From Camelus dromedarius (Eukaryota), in NCBI RefSeq assembly GCF_036321535.1, contig NC_087436.1, forward strand, positions 46,440,001-46,504,000: a stretch of DNA of 64,000 nt, given 5' to 3'. The position numbers and the translations under genes were made by a program. This document shows, piece after piece, positions 13,775 through 26,270 of the stretch. The stretch's first letter is position 1, and the number at the start of each line of letters is the position of its first letter. The notes beneath the pieces are model-generated. The model was not told where the DNA came from, ran no database searches, and saw only the letters and a program-made list of their open reading frames with translations.

Positions 13775-15959
13775 TTATCTAAAACTTAAGATAAGTTTTC
13801 ACTTATAGTCTCTTCCCTTGGCATTTTATACTAATGTTTGTGCCATTTTTAATCCAAATATTTATGTTTGTTTTGTTTGACAGAGAATTAATTAGAAACT
13901 AAATAGGAACTGGCTGCTGTTGACTTCTTCTGTCAGTTATTAACACTGTACTCTCAGCTGACCGAAGCGGGGAGGAAGGCCTATTCTTTTATTCTTCTCT
14001 TTCTGATTCTAACAGCAAATGCTCTTCTTGGCCTTCGTGTTTTCCCCGAGACCCCAAGGTGGCCTTAGTATTCCTGACACAGACCTTACTGTTCCAGGCC
14101 ACTCTTCTATGTTAATCCTTACTTTAACTGTCATGTCCTTTTTCCTTCCCTTCCTTACACTTAGGTATGATAGTCAAAACAAAGGAAATCCTGCAAAAAA
14201 TAGGAGAGTAGAAGGGAAATTAAGGCCCTGATAATTCACAAATTTGTTAATGAGTCCTTATACAAAAGTCAACTCGAGCAATTTCTTTGAAAATAATTTT
14301 TTTCTTAGTCATATTTGTTTCATGGCATTTTCCCAACATTTAACAATTTTTCCAAACGTTTCACAAGTTAAGAAACATGGACAGTCGTACTGTTAATATT
14401 TAGGAAGCTTCACCTCAACTGTAGGTAATGTTGCGAAGCTTCATCCCAAAGCTGGAAAATGGTATATTATTCCTCTTCACTTTTTGTTCCATAATTGCTG
14501 ATACTCCATAGCACACGAGGAGAAGAGCTGACAGTGCCTTATGAGTAACTAAGTAATTCAATTTCAATAATGATATGATAGGCATACATCTTGTATTTTT
14601 TTAGTCACATATGGGAATCATAAAAGTTGAGGCTGATGAGGTGGTAGAACTGGTTACTTATCTGAGTATACCAGATGCTCCCTGGTTTTTAAAATCTAAA
14701 CTTTATTCTTTATGGGTACTGAAATTGGAGACCCACTGAATTAAAAATAAAACTGTTTTTATTTTGGAAACTGGACTATTACTTTTATCTTGTAAGACAT
14801 CAGAGAAATATTTTTTCTTGATTTTGCTTATGTATAATACCATCATTTCATGGGTTCAAACACAGAATACAGTTATTCACTGTTCTCTCTTTTTTACTAT
14901 TATTTTCTAATAAATAAGGCAAACATTTTATTTAATATTTACTAAGTTAAAGGACAATGTAACACTTTGAGTTAATTCTTAGAATCATAGAAAGAAAAAA
15001 TCTTGCTTTTGTTATATGTGGCAAGTTCCTCTGATACATGGAATACCAAGTACACTTAAATAAAGAGAGAATTGATCCTACCAGAAATTTTAATTACAGC
15101 TTATTTTGAGCTCTCATTTTCAGTAACTGTCCAAGACAAGTTAATATTTACTCTTAACATTTCTGATTGGCTTATTATCAACTAATTATTTGAAATTGGG
15201 AGGTATAAAGGGCAATTTGATATAAAAAAAGAGTCTGAATTTCGTCAGTGTAGTTATTTCAGGTAAATTAGATGTGCAAATGAATATCACTTTTAAAGAG
15301 TAAATATAATAAACATCCTAGTATGTTACAACTTAATATTAAAAATGTATCGCATTTCATTCAATAACATCATCACCAACCACAGCCAGGAAATGAAAAC
15401 CAAAAAGTAGAAAGTTCATATTATGATTTCTAATATCCATATCATTATAAAGTTTAGATTTAATTGTACAGAAGTCAGGAAATTCTGTTCTGAGATTCCC
15501 AAAGAAACCATAATTCTGACATAGATTACAACAGCCTCTTTCATTAGGGGCTCAAATCATGGGACTCTCCCGAACGGATGCATCACTATGGGATGGAGTA
15601 CTTCCTTTTCAAGAAGGAATTACACCCTGTTCTGTCCTTCCCTCTGGAAGTCCTGTATAACAATTGTATTTTGAAGGTTTTATGATTGAAGAACCAGTGG
15701 TCTGAATTACAACAGGTGATTGATGCAATGAGAACTTGTAGCCCTTTTTTTCAAATGTTACGGCAACAAAATAAACTTCCTGCAATGAACTAACTGCATG
15801 ACTTCCTTTCCGAAGCAAAGCCCTTCCACACTTATCTTGTTTCTAGTTAAGCATTCAGAAGCGCTAGATCAGAGATCTTTACCTGGGGCCCTGTGGGCCA
15901 AATTGTCCCCTCAAATGTATTTTCATTTGGACTATAAAATGTTTTAAAGTAAATTTGAA

Positions 15960-16106
15960 GGGGGGAGGGCATAGATCAAGTAGTAGAGCTCAAGCCGAGC
16001 ATGCATGAGGTCCTGGGTTCAATCCCCAGTACCTCCTCTAAGAATAAATAAATGAATAAACCTAATTCCCCAAAAATAAAAAATTCTGCCAAAAAATAAA
16101 AAAAAA
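15960..16106 (+). mobile_element. Camelid tRNA-derived SINE (vic-1 type), long form
   Basis: GGGGAGGGCATAGATCAAGTAGTAGAG...GCATGCATGAGGTCCTGGGTTCAATCCCCAGTACCTCC, A-rich tail; perfect 15-bp TSD TAAAGTAAATTTGAA at 15945-15959 and 16107-16121. Confidence 0.93.
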
Positions 16107-16154
16107 TAAAGTAAATTTGAATTGGTAGCAAATGTTTAAAATATGAAGCAGTCA

Positions 16155-16156
<2 letters not shown>

Positions 16157-16188
<32 letters not shown>

Positions 16189-16209
16189 CAAAACAAAACA
16201 AAACAAAAC
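16157..16209. repeat. (AAAAC)n microsatellite
   Basis: About 10 perfect AAAAC units. Confidence 0.95.
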
Positions 16210-17599
16210 CCTCAGATTTCTGGCTTCTCTTGAAGCTTGTGAAGATGTAGCAGTACCAGATAGGCTCTCTCCTGTGGCCAAATAAATCGAGTCCTTGTTT
16301 TCGTTTAGCCCCAGCTTGAATCCTATTCAGCCAAATCTCCCCACTTCCTTTTGTCTTAAACCTGCTCCCTTATTTATGTTATCTGCCTGGTCCTTGTCAC
16401 CATTTGAGTTCACTCCATATGCAACAAATGACATAAAACATAAAGATAATTATACGGCATTCAAACGTGTCCTAAATTGCAATCAATATTTTAGTTTCAT
16501 GTGAAAACATGCAAAATTTCAGGGATGCTGTCAAGCCACAGGCTGTTTTAGTTTTGTGTAGTTGAACAGACGCTGGGAAAACATTAAAATTTAGCATATG
16601 GACTAAAGGGGGGCATTAGAGAATAGAACCAGTTAACCAGTGGAGGAAGGTACCTGGAGTGGTACTACTCCAAGTAACATTACTCTCTGGTGAACTCTTC
16701 CGAACACTCCTTTATCTTTTGTTGCAAAGTTCATTTTTGAAGACTTCCATTGTCCCAGAGGGCTATCAGGTGTTTCCTATGGGATCAAGTTTATTCATGG
16801 GGGAGGGTGAACTTCAGAGGTAGATTAGGAAATACAAGGATCACTGTGCACTTGTTATAGGTGAGGCCAAGGGGACTCTCACCAGCTCTTTATAGGCTGG
16901 CTTCCAGCCACCTGCCTCTTCTGTAGAAGGAGAAGGGAGGCTAACAACCAGGGAGCATGCCCAAGGAATTTTAGAGTCAACTCAATTTAATATCATACAA
17001 AGGAAGTTTAGCAAATATCCATTAACCCAAACACTAAAAAGGGTCTCTAGGGAATGCCAGGGTACTTCCACTTTTCTCCCAGAATTAAGAAGGCAAAAAA
17101 GTTGAGCTTATGTCACAGGACAAATGCCGATTTCCCCTTCAGTATATGGTGCCCTTGTCAGCAAATGAATCCCCTGTTTGCTTCGTGCTATTCTTTCCTG
17201 TTCCTACTGTGCCTCCTCACCCAGATGTAGACTCCTTCCTTCCAGAAAATGAGTAGAGTATATTCAAAGTGAGGTAAGCCCTTGACCTGGCAGCCTCAAC
17301 TAGAAAGCACCCTTGGTTTTATAGAAGTATAGGTGCAAAATATTATTGTATTGTATGTTATCATGATACTGTACCATCTTTGAGGGAAGATTCCTGGAGA
17401 ATTAAAAGACTATTCGTTTGGGCTTCAAAATTCAGAATTTGTATTTCAGATGCAAATTGCATGAAAATCAGATGGGTGGAATTAAAGCTTGCTTTTGCAT
17501 GATTTATTTTTTAAAGGGGGGTTGTTAAGCAAAGTATTATGCAGGGTTTAGTAATCAAATTGATGTACTAAACAAGACTTACAGATTTTTTTTAAAGAA

Positions 17600-17622
17600 T
17601 TTTATTTATTCATTCACTCATT

Positions 17623-17658
<36 letters not shown>

Positions 17659-17778
17659 GTGGGTGGAGGTAATTAGGTTTCCTTATTTATTTACTATTAG
17701 AGGAGGTGCTGGGGATTGAACCCAGAACCTCATGCATGCTAAGCATGTGCTTTACCACTTGAGCTACACCCTCCCCCC
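17600..17778 (-). mobile_element. Camelid tRNA-derived SINE (vic-1 type), long form with long poly-A
   Basis: Reverse strand GGGGAGGGTGTAGCTCAAGTGGTAAAGCACATGCTTAGCATGCATGAGGTTCTGGGTTCAATCCCCAGCACCTCC; T run of more than 30 nt near 17625-17657. Confidence 0.93.
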
Positions 17779-18164
17779 TTAGATGTTTTTAAATTTCTTA
17801 AAAGAACAAAATTTTCATGGGTCTGTTTTTGCATTTACTTGCAAAACATATATGCTGATTACAAGGTGCTTATTCATTAAAGCAATTAATTAAAAGACAC
17901 TTGATAATAGCTGATTAGGCTAGTTCTGATTAATATATAAAATTGAAATCATAAATTGAAATTTATTTATAACTACTATAAACTACCATAAATTATAATG
18001 TATAATTCAGATTACCATGTATTTAGAGAGGCCATTTGCCACATGGCCTATAGTAACAAGTTTCATTGTTCAAAATAAAATTCCTTGCCTTAACTTCAAA
18101 ACTTACTACTCTTTCTATAATTTTTAATTCTGTTTAAGGGATCTTTCTCATCAACTTTGGAACA

Positions 18165-18512
18165 AGCTTACAATCTTTTCTTGAAACCCTCAAAGTCAAA
18201 TATGTTTCAGAATTTAGAGTGTAGGCATTAGAAAGTTAATATTGTTCATACACCACGTATTGTCTGACAGACTTAGAGAGGCCTGAGGCACCCTGTAATC
18301 AAACCATCAATTTCTTCAGTGAAACACATGCGTGTCCACACTAAGAAGGATTATTAGTGACCATAAATAGCCTCACATCTGTTCAAATATGTTGTTTGCC
18401 ACCAAATGAATTTGCTCCTAAGTTAGAAAAATCTTTAGTGAAACTTATGAAGAAAGATTTTATTTTCAGGGTGTTTGGCTTTTGGAATTGCAGATAAAGG
18501 ATCATGGACTAC
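18165..18512. mobile_element. TcMar-Tigger non-autonomous element (MER46C-like)
   Basis: ATAAATAGCCTCACATC...TTTGCCACCAAATGAATTTGC...TTTTGGAATTGCAGATAAAGGATCATGGAC resembles remembered consensus. Confidence 0.6.
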
Positions 18513-18519
18513 ATCTTGA

Positions 18520-19080
18520 TTTCTAATCTGTTCTTCATAGTCTTGCCAGGGTTGTGGTCCTCACACCCAGGCGTTCCATGGCACCTTCGTTGTGTCAACA
18601 TCTTCATGGTTTCCCACTACTTCCCCCTGTAGGCTTCTTGGAAGACCTCCCACATCCATACCCTATCAATTTTTCTAGGCTCTTCCCTAAAATCTATGTG
18701 CTTCACTCCAACCCAGCTCAACTTACCAACAATTTCCACGTATACCTTCCACCTCCTTGCTCACTACACTTCAGACTGGAATGCCTTCCTCCAGAGACCC
18801 CCAAGTCCACATCCCACCTCAGATACTGTCATCCTTTTCCTCCTTCCTTGCCCGTCTCACATCCCATCTTTATAGAAGCCTTGCTCCTTTCCCCAGTCAG
18901 AAGGTGCTTTAAAAGCATACTGCCTGCACCTCTAAATACAGCACTAATTTATTTTCCATTTGAATTGCTATTCGTATGATAACCTCTCCTCCCACTAGGT
19001 TTAAACCCCTACAGCTTCTTTCACTCCTTTTGGATTATAGTATGTATTTAAGAGTCGTTAGTTAGATGAAGGAGTGAATG
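18520..19080 (+). mobile_element. LINE-2 3' fragment
   Basis: Pyrimidine-rich L2-like text, CTGGAATGCCTTCC, CCCACTAGGTTTAAACCC, ending GAAGGAGTGAATG. Confidence 0.55.
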
Positions 19081-20219
19081 TCTTAGTTAATCTCTCTTGA
19101 TCTCATAAATCTAACCTCCCATGGGAATCCCACGCCCCAAAGTCATTGCCATTGCCCTTATTCTAACCTTCCCCAAGTGGAGAATAAGGTCTAGACCTCA
19201 AGGGCACACCTTGAACAGGACTCAATCTTTGTGTACAGGTTTTGATTCAGCATTTCTTTGGAAAAGAAAAATACACTTTCTCTTTGGTTCCAGTATTCAC
19301 ATTGATGATACTGTCAGGAAGGAAGGCGTCATGCTGTCTGAGACTGGCAGGCACTATCAGCTACTTTGTTCTGCAGGTCTCCACTTAAACATCACTTCCC
19401 TGGAGAAGTCCTCCCGGACCGGCTGACCTCGGTCAGGTCTCCTTGCTGTGCACTCTCATAGCTTTTGTCTTGTTAACAGTCATCGTGTTCACATTGGGAA
19501 TATGATTCCCAGTCCAAGAACTCAGATGAGTAAGAAATATGATTTAATTTTCTATAGCAATTTGACTTCTGAATCTAAACCTCCATTCTTCTGAGCTGAC
19601 AAAACAACAAACATCAGTCTTCTTGGGATTTCCACACTTTCTTCCTCCTTTTGGATCGATTCACATTCCTGGGGTCTTGTAGCATCAAAAGGTCAGGAGG
19701 TGGGAATAGAGAGGCACCCGGTCTTCTGTTGCCAGTCCACACAGTTTGCTGCTGAGAAGGCAGCATGGCCTGGCTAACCTGCATGGCCCTTCAGAGACAG
19801 TGTGTCACTGCTGCATCTCTGGGACATGGGGAACTCTCTGCTGTTTCTGTGCTACACTTCATACTGAGAACACATTTGTAAGGCTGCCCCTGATCCTGTG
19901 CATCTAGACATGTCACATAGCCATTTCTTCTTTGAGATATTGTCTTCCTGGAAGGTGCTACTGGAAAGTAGGGTTTAGGCTCCCTCTGCTCTTGGAGACC
20001 ACAGATTTCTTTCCTCTCTTTCAGTTTGGGGACATACTTTCCTAGATATTTTTGGTTTCTAGCTATGTCAGCAAACAAGTTTTGTTTTCCATCCTGCCGT
20101 CTCATACCTTTTCTGAGGCAATAGCAGACGGCCAACAAAGAGCTTGATTGAGAGGCAAAGGAAATGGAAGAGTATGAGAGAAAAAGCATAGATAGGTATA
20201 TGAAAAGAGATCCCAGTCA

Positions 20220-20390
20220 CATTTGTAATTGCTTGTTTAATGTCTGCCTTTCTCAGTTATAGTCTAAGCTCCATGAAGCCTGGGATAAGGCTTTCTGATC
20301 TCAATGTCCAAATATTCCCTTTTTATAGTTAACATAAATTCTTATAGTAGTATAAATTCTTCTTGAATAAGTGAATGAATAAATAGGAAT
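20220..20390 (+). mobile_element. LINE-2 3' end
   Basis: TTGTTTAATGTCTGCCTTTCTC...TAAGCTCCATGAAG...TTGAATAAGTGAATGAAT. Confidence 0.65.
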
Positions 20391-20427
20391 GAAATTCAGA
20401 GACCATGAAGGATTTATGGAAAACCTA

Positions 20428-20635
20428 ATGGCTAAGAAGGTGGACTCTGGAGCAGATGGCCAGGTTGTGAATCTTGACTCTGCTACTTACAGTTAGGTGT
20501 GTGAAACCCATAACCTCTTTGTGCCTCCAATTCCTCATCTGTCAAATAGTTGTTGTCAGGATCAAAAGAGTTAACATTTATAAAGCTCTTGGAACTATAC
20601 CAGGCACATAGTAAGTGTCATATGACTGTTGACCA
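20428..20635 (+). mobile_element. MIR SINE
   Basis: GACTCTGGAGCAGA...TCTGCTACTTAC...AACCTCTTTGTGCCTCCAATTCCTCATCTGT...GGCACATAGTAAGTG. Confidence 0.85.
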
Positions 20636-22139
20636 CTATCAGTACCATCATCATCACTATTTGTTTTCTCATTATTATTAAGAAACCCTAAGACAAGACT
20701 GGTCCAAAGATAGCAAAGTCTATATACATAAAATTGAAATAATGTTATTTTTGCACAATCTCCCATACTGCGAGGTTGTTTTATTTTTCTTCCTTCTATC
20801 CCACACCTACACTACTCTGGTTCCATCAGGCTGGGGCAGTACTTCTCCAGGAATCCTACTTCTTTTCTCGGGGTCACATCTTTTGTTGGCATTTCTTAGC
20901 TGTACATCCTTAGGAAACCTGACACCCCCCCCCCCCTAGAATCCCTTCTTAGATCGTATGTAACAGGGAGAGCCTTTCTCAGTATGTGTAATTCATGTAG
21001 TTTTTCTAATTCTTTAACTTGTCAGCGGTGGAGTTTATCCACCATCTTTCTGCTTATTTGTAGCATGGGTCCTTTGCAGTTTGCCTTTGCTTCCTTAGCA
21101 TTACAGTAGATATAGTATTTAATGACGTGACTTTGTCTCTGTAGAGATTGCATTGTTCTCTTTCTCTCCGCAATTATTTATGAATTCACCTTTATCATTT
21201 ACATATAAAAAGGTAATTCCTGGAGTGACTGGGGTTAACATTCATGATAGAACACAACAGCATGGGACTTTCAAGTATCTATAAAAAAGAAAAATTAACT
21301 TTTTGAGCCAAGTATTTTATTTAACTAGAGAGTTTATTCCTTCCATAATCATCATAAGACAGCATTTTTCAGTCAGCTATAAATTCTGATTCTCACAGGC
21401 TCCACTGCTCATATTATTTGGTTGTTCAAAGGATTCGTTTAGCTATTTAGCTTCTTACAGTTGATTTTTCTATTCAGATAGATTATACCATCTACTGCAA
21501 TATGGAATGATTTAGCAGCAAATTTCTTTCTCTTTCTCTTAATTTTTTCCCCTTATTTAGCCTTCTAAGAGTTCCTGCTGTTAAACTAAAGTTATTCTTT
21601 TACCTAAATATTTTTGCATTCTATTTGAATATTTCCCCATCTGGTCTCTCTTAGTTAGAAATCATTTTATCAACTTCTAGGAATATTCGTCTTTATTTAT
21701 GCTGCACACATACTCACTGTAATGACTGTATTGCAATGCATGATATATTTTGGGCAAACAGAATTATGATACTGTTTATATTATGGAGAAACTCAGGATT
21801 CTTATTTCTCAGCATAACACGTATCTTTTCTTCCAATACGATTTGCCGTTGGGGCCCCTTAACCACCTTTGTGATTAAAATGATTGTTTATTTTTTCCTC
21901 CAGACCTCTACCACCTCAGGGACACTCCCACATGCTTATTAGTGAGCATCCATTATCAGTGACATTGGCCATTGTTTGCCCTTTCTTACTCTGGGTCATT
22001 TATGTACATTTATTCAGCACAATTAATGGTGCAATAAACAGTGAAGTCAAGTATGTGTCTAACATTTTGAGTCATTCGCCTGTGTAGAATTTTTGTGAGG
22101 AGAGTTGGCATTCTTCCTGTTTCTACAGCCACTTTTTAT

Positions 22140-22900
22140 TAACCCTTTTTGTAGTTGCCTCTTCCTCTGCTCATCCCTTAAGTCAGAGTCTTTCCAGGGG
22201 TCCCCTCCTAGGTCTGTTCTCTCTACAGCCTCCCGAGGTGACTCCATGCGGCCCCGTGATTTGTGGCTCCCACCTCTCTCCTGACTTTTTAAACGCATAT
22301 CCAATGGTGGCCCCTTGGCTGTCCATAAACACCTCACATTCAGCAAGCTAACTGAATTCATCATCTGAAACCACCCGCCTGCCCCCAGAAAGCCCCCTGC
22401 GTACTAGTGTTCCCCTACCATCCTTCCACTGTTCAAGCTAGAAACCTGGGACTGCTCTCTGCTCCTCTTCCTCCCTTATGTTCCCAGCCAAGCTGCAAGT
22501 CCCGTGAATCCTACCTCCTTAATACCGCAGGAAACTATGCATCTGTCCTCCCCTAGTTCTAGGACACGGTCCCTCAGCTAGACTACTGTAACCTTTTCCT
22601 GAATGGTCTTTCTTTGGTTCTACTGTTGCTGTGCTGGCCCGCATCCCCTCGTTCGCCCGGCTAGGGGGTCTTCCAGGGCTCTTGGAACCTCACGCTAGGT
22701 GCATGCTTTATTTCTGTGCAGCCCTTGCCCTTCTCCAGCATAATGGGGTCACTAATGATCGTTACTGCCTGCTTATTTTAACCTTCTCCCCACCACACGT
22801 TAAACCCTGTGAGCTAGGGGTCTAGCTCACCGTTCAATCCCCAGGGCCTGGCCCAGTAAAGCCTGCACAGAAGGCATTCAGTAAATACTTCTTAAATATT
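22140..22900 (+). mobile_element. LINE-2 fragment
   Basis: CACCTCACATTCAGCAAGCTAACTGAATTCATCATC, TCAAGCTAGAAACCTGGGA, ending AGGCATTCAGTAAATACTT. Confidence 0.75.
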
Positions 22901-23923
22901 GTTGTATGTTAGTCAATTTTTAAGCTTTCTAGTGTTTAAGCTATAAAACAAATAGAAAGAAATTATAAACACATAAATTTCATGATGACAACGTCTGGAA
23001 TTAGAACTCCTGGATTAAGTTTCTGGCTCTCTCAGTGCCCTATTGAATATTTTTGACAAAACATGAAATTTTCTCACTATAATGTAATCATATAACACTC
23101 ATCATTACTGAGTATACAATAAAAATGACGATAACATCTTTAATTTATGGTCCCAAGTAGTTAGAAGCATTTCTTAGGAATTATTTATTTGTTCAATGTC
23201 CCTTTGGGGTAGGCCAGCATCTTTCCTTCCAAAAGGCAGTGAAGGGAGATAGAGTTCCTCCTGTAATGATGTTAAAACACTGGTCCTGGATGGTTACCTA
23301 CTTCACAGAATGTGGGGAGGATTCGTGAAGTTATCTGGGTCTTCATGCTAAGGATAAAGCAGTTTTATCCTCTTGTATATCCAGTTTCTTAAGAACTCAA
23401 AATATTTGGGGGTGAAAATACATACATAGCTTATTCCTGGACTCTGTCTCCGTGTTTTTCTGGAGACAATTTTTTTTTTCCACACCCACTCGAACCATCT
23501 GTGTACCAGGCAAGTTTTCCGAGATGTAAAACCAAGTGAAATATGTCCACTCCATTTATTTAGAAAGGACTATGACAAATGATACTGGGAAAAATGGCAT
23601 GGTTAATGAAAAAGCTCACTCCCTGCGTGAACAGCGAGGGCAGCCTGGCAGTTATGGCCACGCAGAGCCTAGACACACAGACAAGTTCTCAGCACCGATG
23701 CTTTTCAAGCTTACCCTCCAAAGACCACCTGCAGGGAGCAGAGTCGGTTCAGTGTCTCTGTGCGATCTGGAGGTAGCCCCTGTGAGGTGAGGTTCTCCAC
23801 CACCATCAAACAGTAACATTTTTAAAGGTTTGTGCAAGTTTTGCATTCTACCCCAAGTTATGTCAATGTTTGCTTTATATAAAAAAAGGCTTCAAGTTAT
23901 GTATCATCAATTAAAATGGACTC

Positions 23924-24010
23924 CAGGGAGGTGAGTATAGCTCAGTGGCAGGGCGCATGCTTACCATGCACAAGGTCCTGGGTTTAATCCCCAGGACCTC
24001 TATTGAAAAA
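23924..24010 (+). mobile_element. Camelid tRNA-derived SINE (vic-1 type), short form
   Basis: GTATAGCTCAGTGGCAGGGCGCATGCTTACCATGCACAAGGTCCTGGGTTTAATCCCCAG plus A tail; TSD AAAATGGACTC at 23913-23923 and 24011-24021. Confidence 0.92.
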
Positions 24011-26210
24011 AAAATGGACTCTTAAGGAAGAGGTACCATATTTATTATTGTGTTTAAACGCTCCCCAGGACACTGGCATATGCCCTTGTTCAAACATTAC
24101 CCTAGTTTGAAAAAGCACAGAGTCTTAGGATATTGCCACCCAGGCCATGGGATTTTTGTTAGAATTTAGAAGAATTTGTCCAGCTGTCCTCTTTCTACTT
24201 TGCTGCATGTAAACTCCTGAAGTCTTTTTGGCTAGCTCACTAATGAATCTTTAGAATGTTTCTCTAAGCACCTAACTGGTAACATGTCCACAGTTAAGAT
24301 GATTGAGGACTATAAAATCAGCTTCCTCAAACAGAGATTTTCTGTTTGAGAAAAAAGATCTATCTGAGATGAGCATTACCTACCCACTTCTCTCCTTAGG
24401 TCTCATTAACACTGGAAGCCAAACTAAATTCTTAAACTTCATGGGGTTTTTTGGATGTGTATGTGAGCATTCAGAAGGTATGATCAAACAGCAAGCTGGT
24501 CATGCTCAGATATGAGTACGAGAAGTGACTTATTTATACATGCAAATTGCAAAACTTTTGTAAGGCCTGCCATGTGTGCTGTTAAAAGGTTTTTACTTTT
24601 AAATGATTTTTGTTAGATAATCCTGTTTCAAGTGACACTGATTTATCGCCACTAATCAAGATTCTGATCCCTCATAGACTTCTTGTTTGTATCTGTTTTT
24701 GTTCTTTGTTACATAAATATGAGGTTTATATATAAAATTCTGACTGTGTAATATAGGGCTAATGAGTCACAGATGGAAAGATGCTGGCACATCACCATCT
24801 AATAACATTTTAAACTCATATTCCATAGTAAAACAAAAGCAAATTGTACACATCTGTTTTCCAACTTGCAGCGTTTCTGAATTGGTGGAGAGTCAATGTT
24901 TAAGGCACTTTTGCTTGGGGAGAAGAAAAAGAGGGTACAGGTCACCTCAAAACTGTCCGGCCTCTTCATAGCCTTATCAGAAAGGATTTGGCAAAAGGGT
25001 TGAGATTCCCTCAGCTTTGCCTCCTGAGAAGTCCCAGCTCTAAAGAACAAGAGTCAAAGGCATTGTGGCTGAAGAGGTGCCTCCAACTACAAACATAATT
25101 TTCTTGGCTCTCTTAAAAAGAAAAATATATCCCTAATAAGGGGCAAAAAGGGAGAAAAATACACTAGAACTAATAAAATTTAAAGACAAGAAAATTTCTG
25201 GCTTTTTCTAAATATATCCTCAAAATTTGAGAGGGAAAGGGGGAAGGAAAGCGAGGAGGAGAAAACACAGGAGGGAAGCCTGCAGACACTCGAGGTCATG
25301 TATTGCTGTGGTTGCTATTTGGTTTTTTGTACGGTAAACGTATTCAGTTTGGGAAAAAAATGGGAAGAAAAGGCTCTGATAATCACACGTTGTTGGAAAA
25401 GAAAGAACACAGGCAAAATTTCTCTCTCTGACCCACGCGATTGATAATGCCTGTGGGGATGAGTTAGTACAAGCTGGGGAAGTACCATCTCTCCCCTTTT
25501 CTCCTCGGTGAGGAAATTCTAAACCACTTTTCTGCTTCAAGGGGGTGTGTGAACTGTCAAGTTCTTTCAGAAAAGTTACGTGACACAAGTGATTACTGCA
25601 GAGTATGACCATAAATCCCTCTGACATGGAATCCGCATGTTATAAGAGACAGGTTTCCATCTGCCACCTCTGCAGGAATTCCTGAAACAGGAAAGACCTG
25701 AGAATCATCACATGATTGGAGAGAGAAATTTTGATGTGTGGGTGGTAAAATTCTATTTTATGAGGCATACTGCATTTCTTCTGAGGAATACGTCTGATCT
25801 GACTGCAAAATTCTGTTCACTGTTGTCCAGAAAAAGATTTAACACATGTATTGTATGTCCTGAGTCGTAAACAGAATCTGAAGAGAGGGAAATTACAGTG
25901 TTGTGTTTATAACAGAGTCTGCAGTTATCTCCATTTTGTACTAACATTTTGTTTGTAAGAGTCCAGAAATCTTAAGGGTCTATGCATGGAGCCCGATGTA
26001 CCTGAGTTCTCGGCCTGATCATTCCCTAAAAGGAATGCGTTTGGCTTGGGGGCTTCATGCGTCTGGTTTTGTTTAGGGTGTGTCAAACGAGGCAGGACTT
26101 AGAGCCGGGATGGGGTGGCATTAGGTACATGCTTGTTTTGTTTGTCCGCCAGTGGAATGTCTGTGTGACGTTTTGTGTCGTGTTGTTTTGGTGCTGTGCT
26201 GTGTCCATAG

Positions 26211-26270
26211 GGTCTGCCAGGCTTCCCCACAGTTGCTGCTCTGCACAGTAATCAGATCCTCACCGTCAAG
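26211..26270 (+). CDS. COL25A1: Probable alternative COL25A1 exon (60 nt, GLPGFPTVAALHSNQILTVK), NC2 variant A
   Basis: CATAG acceptor after a UG-rich tract; AAG|GTTTGT donor; phase 0/0 with no stop; begins with Gly-X-Y (GLP GFP); similar to the COL13A1 NC2 segment AALRSSQIIALK as recalled. Confidence 0.8.

Larger units (their letters stand above)
12170..14250 (-). mobile_element. Ancient L3/CR1 LINE remnant, interrupted by a SINE
   Basis: AAACACCTTTGGTGGCAAGGAACTCACT...GCAGACTATTCTAATTATGGACAGTTCTAA, CTTCCACATGACAACCCTT and CAGAAATTAAACATATTAATTCAGGTGT resemble antisense CR1/L3; right boundary uncertain. Confidence 0.55.
15870..16415. mobile_element. hAT-Charlie DNA transposon remnant (MER102-like), split by a SINE and an (AAAAC)n run
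   Basis: CTGTGGGCCAAATT...CAGATTTCTGGCTTCTCTTGAAG...TTATTTATGTTATCTGCCTGGTCCTTGTCACCATTTGAGTT. Confidence 0.6.

Noticed and set aside
23735..23786. Candidate cassette exon CTGCAG|...GAG|GTGAGG
   Set aside because: 52 nt would shift the frame, the peptide is non-collagenous and the pyrimidine tract is weak
12672..24010. tRNA-like A/B-box sequences as tRNA genes
   Set aside because: They have A-rich tails, TSDs and degenerate stems, so they are SINEs
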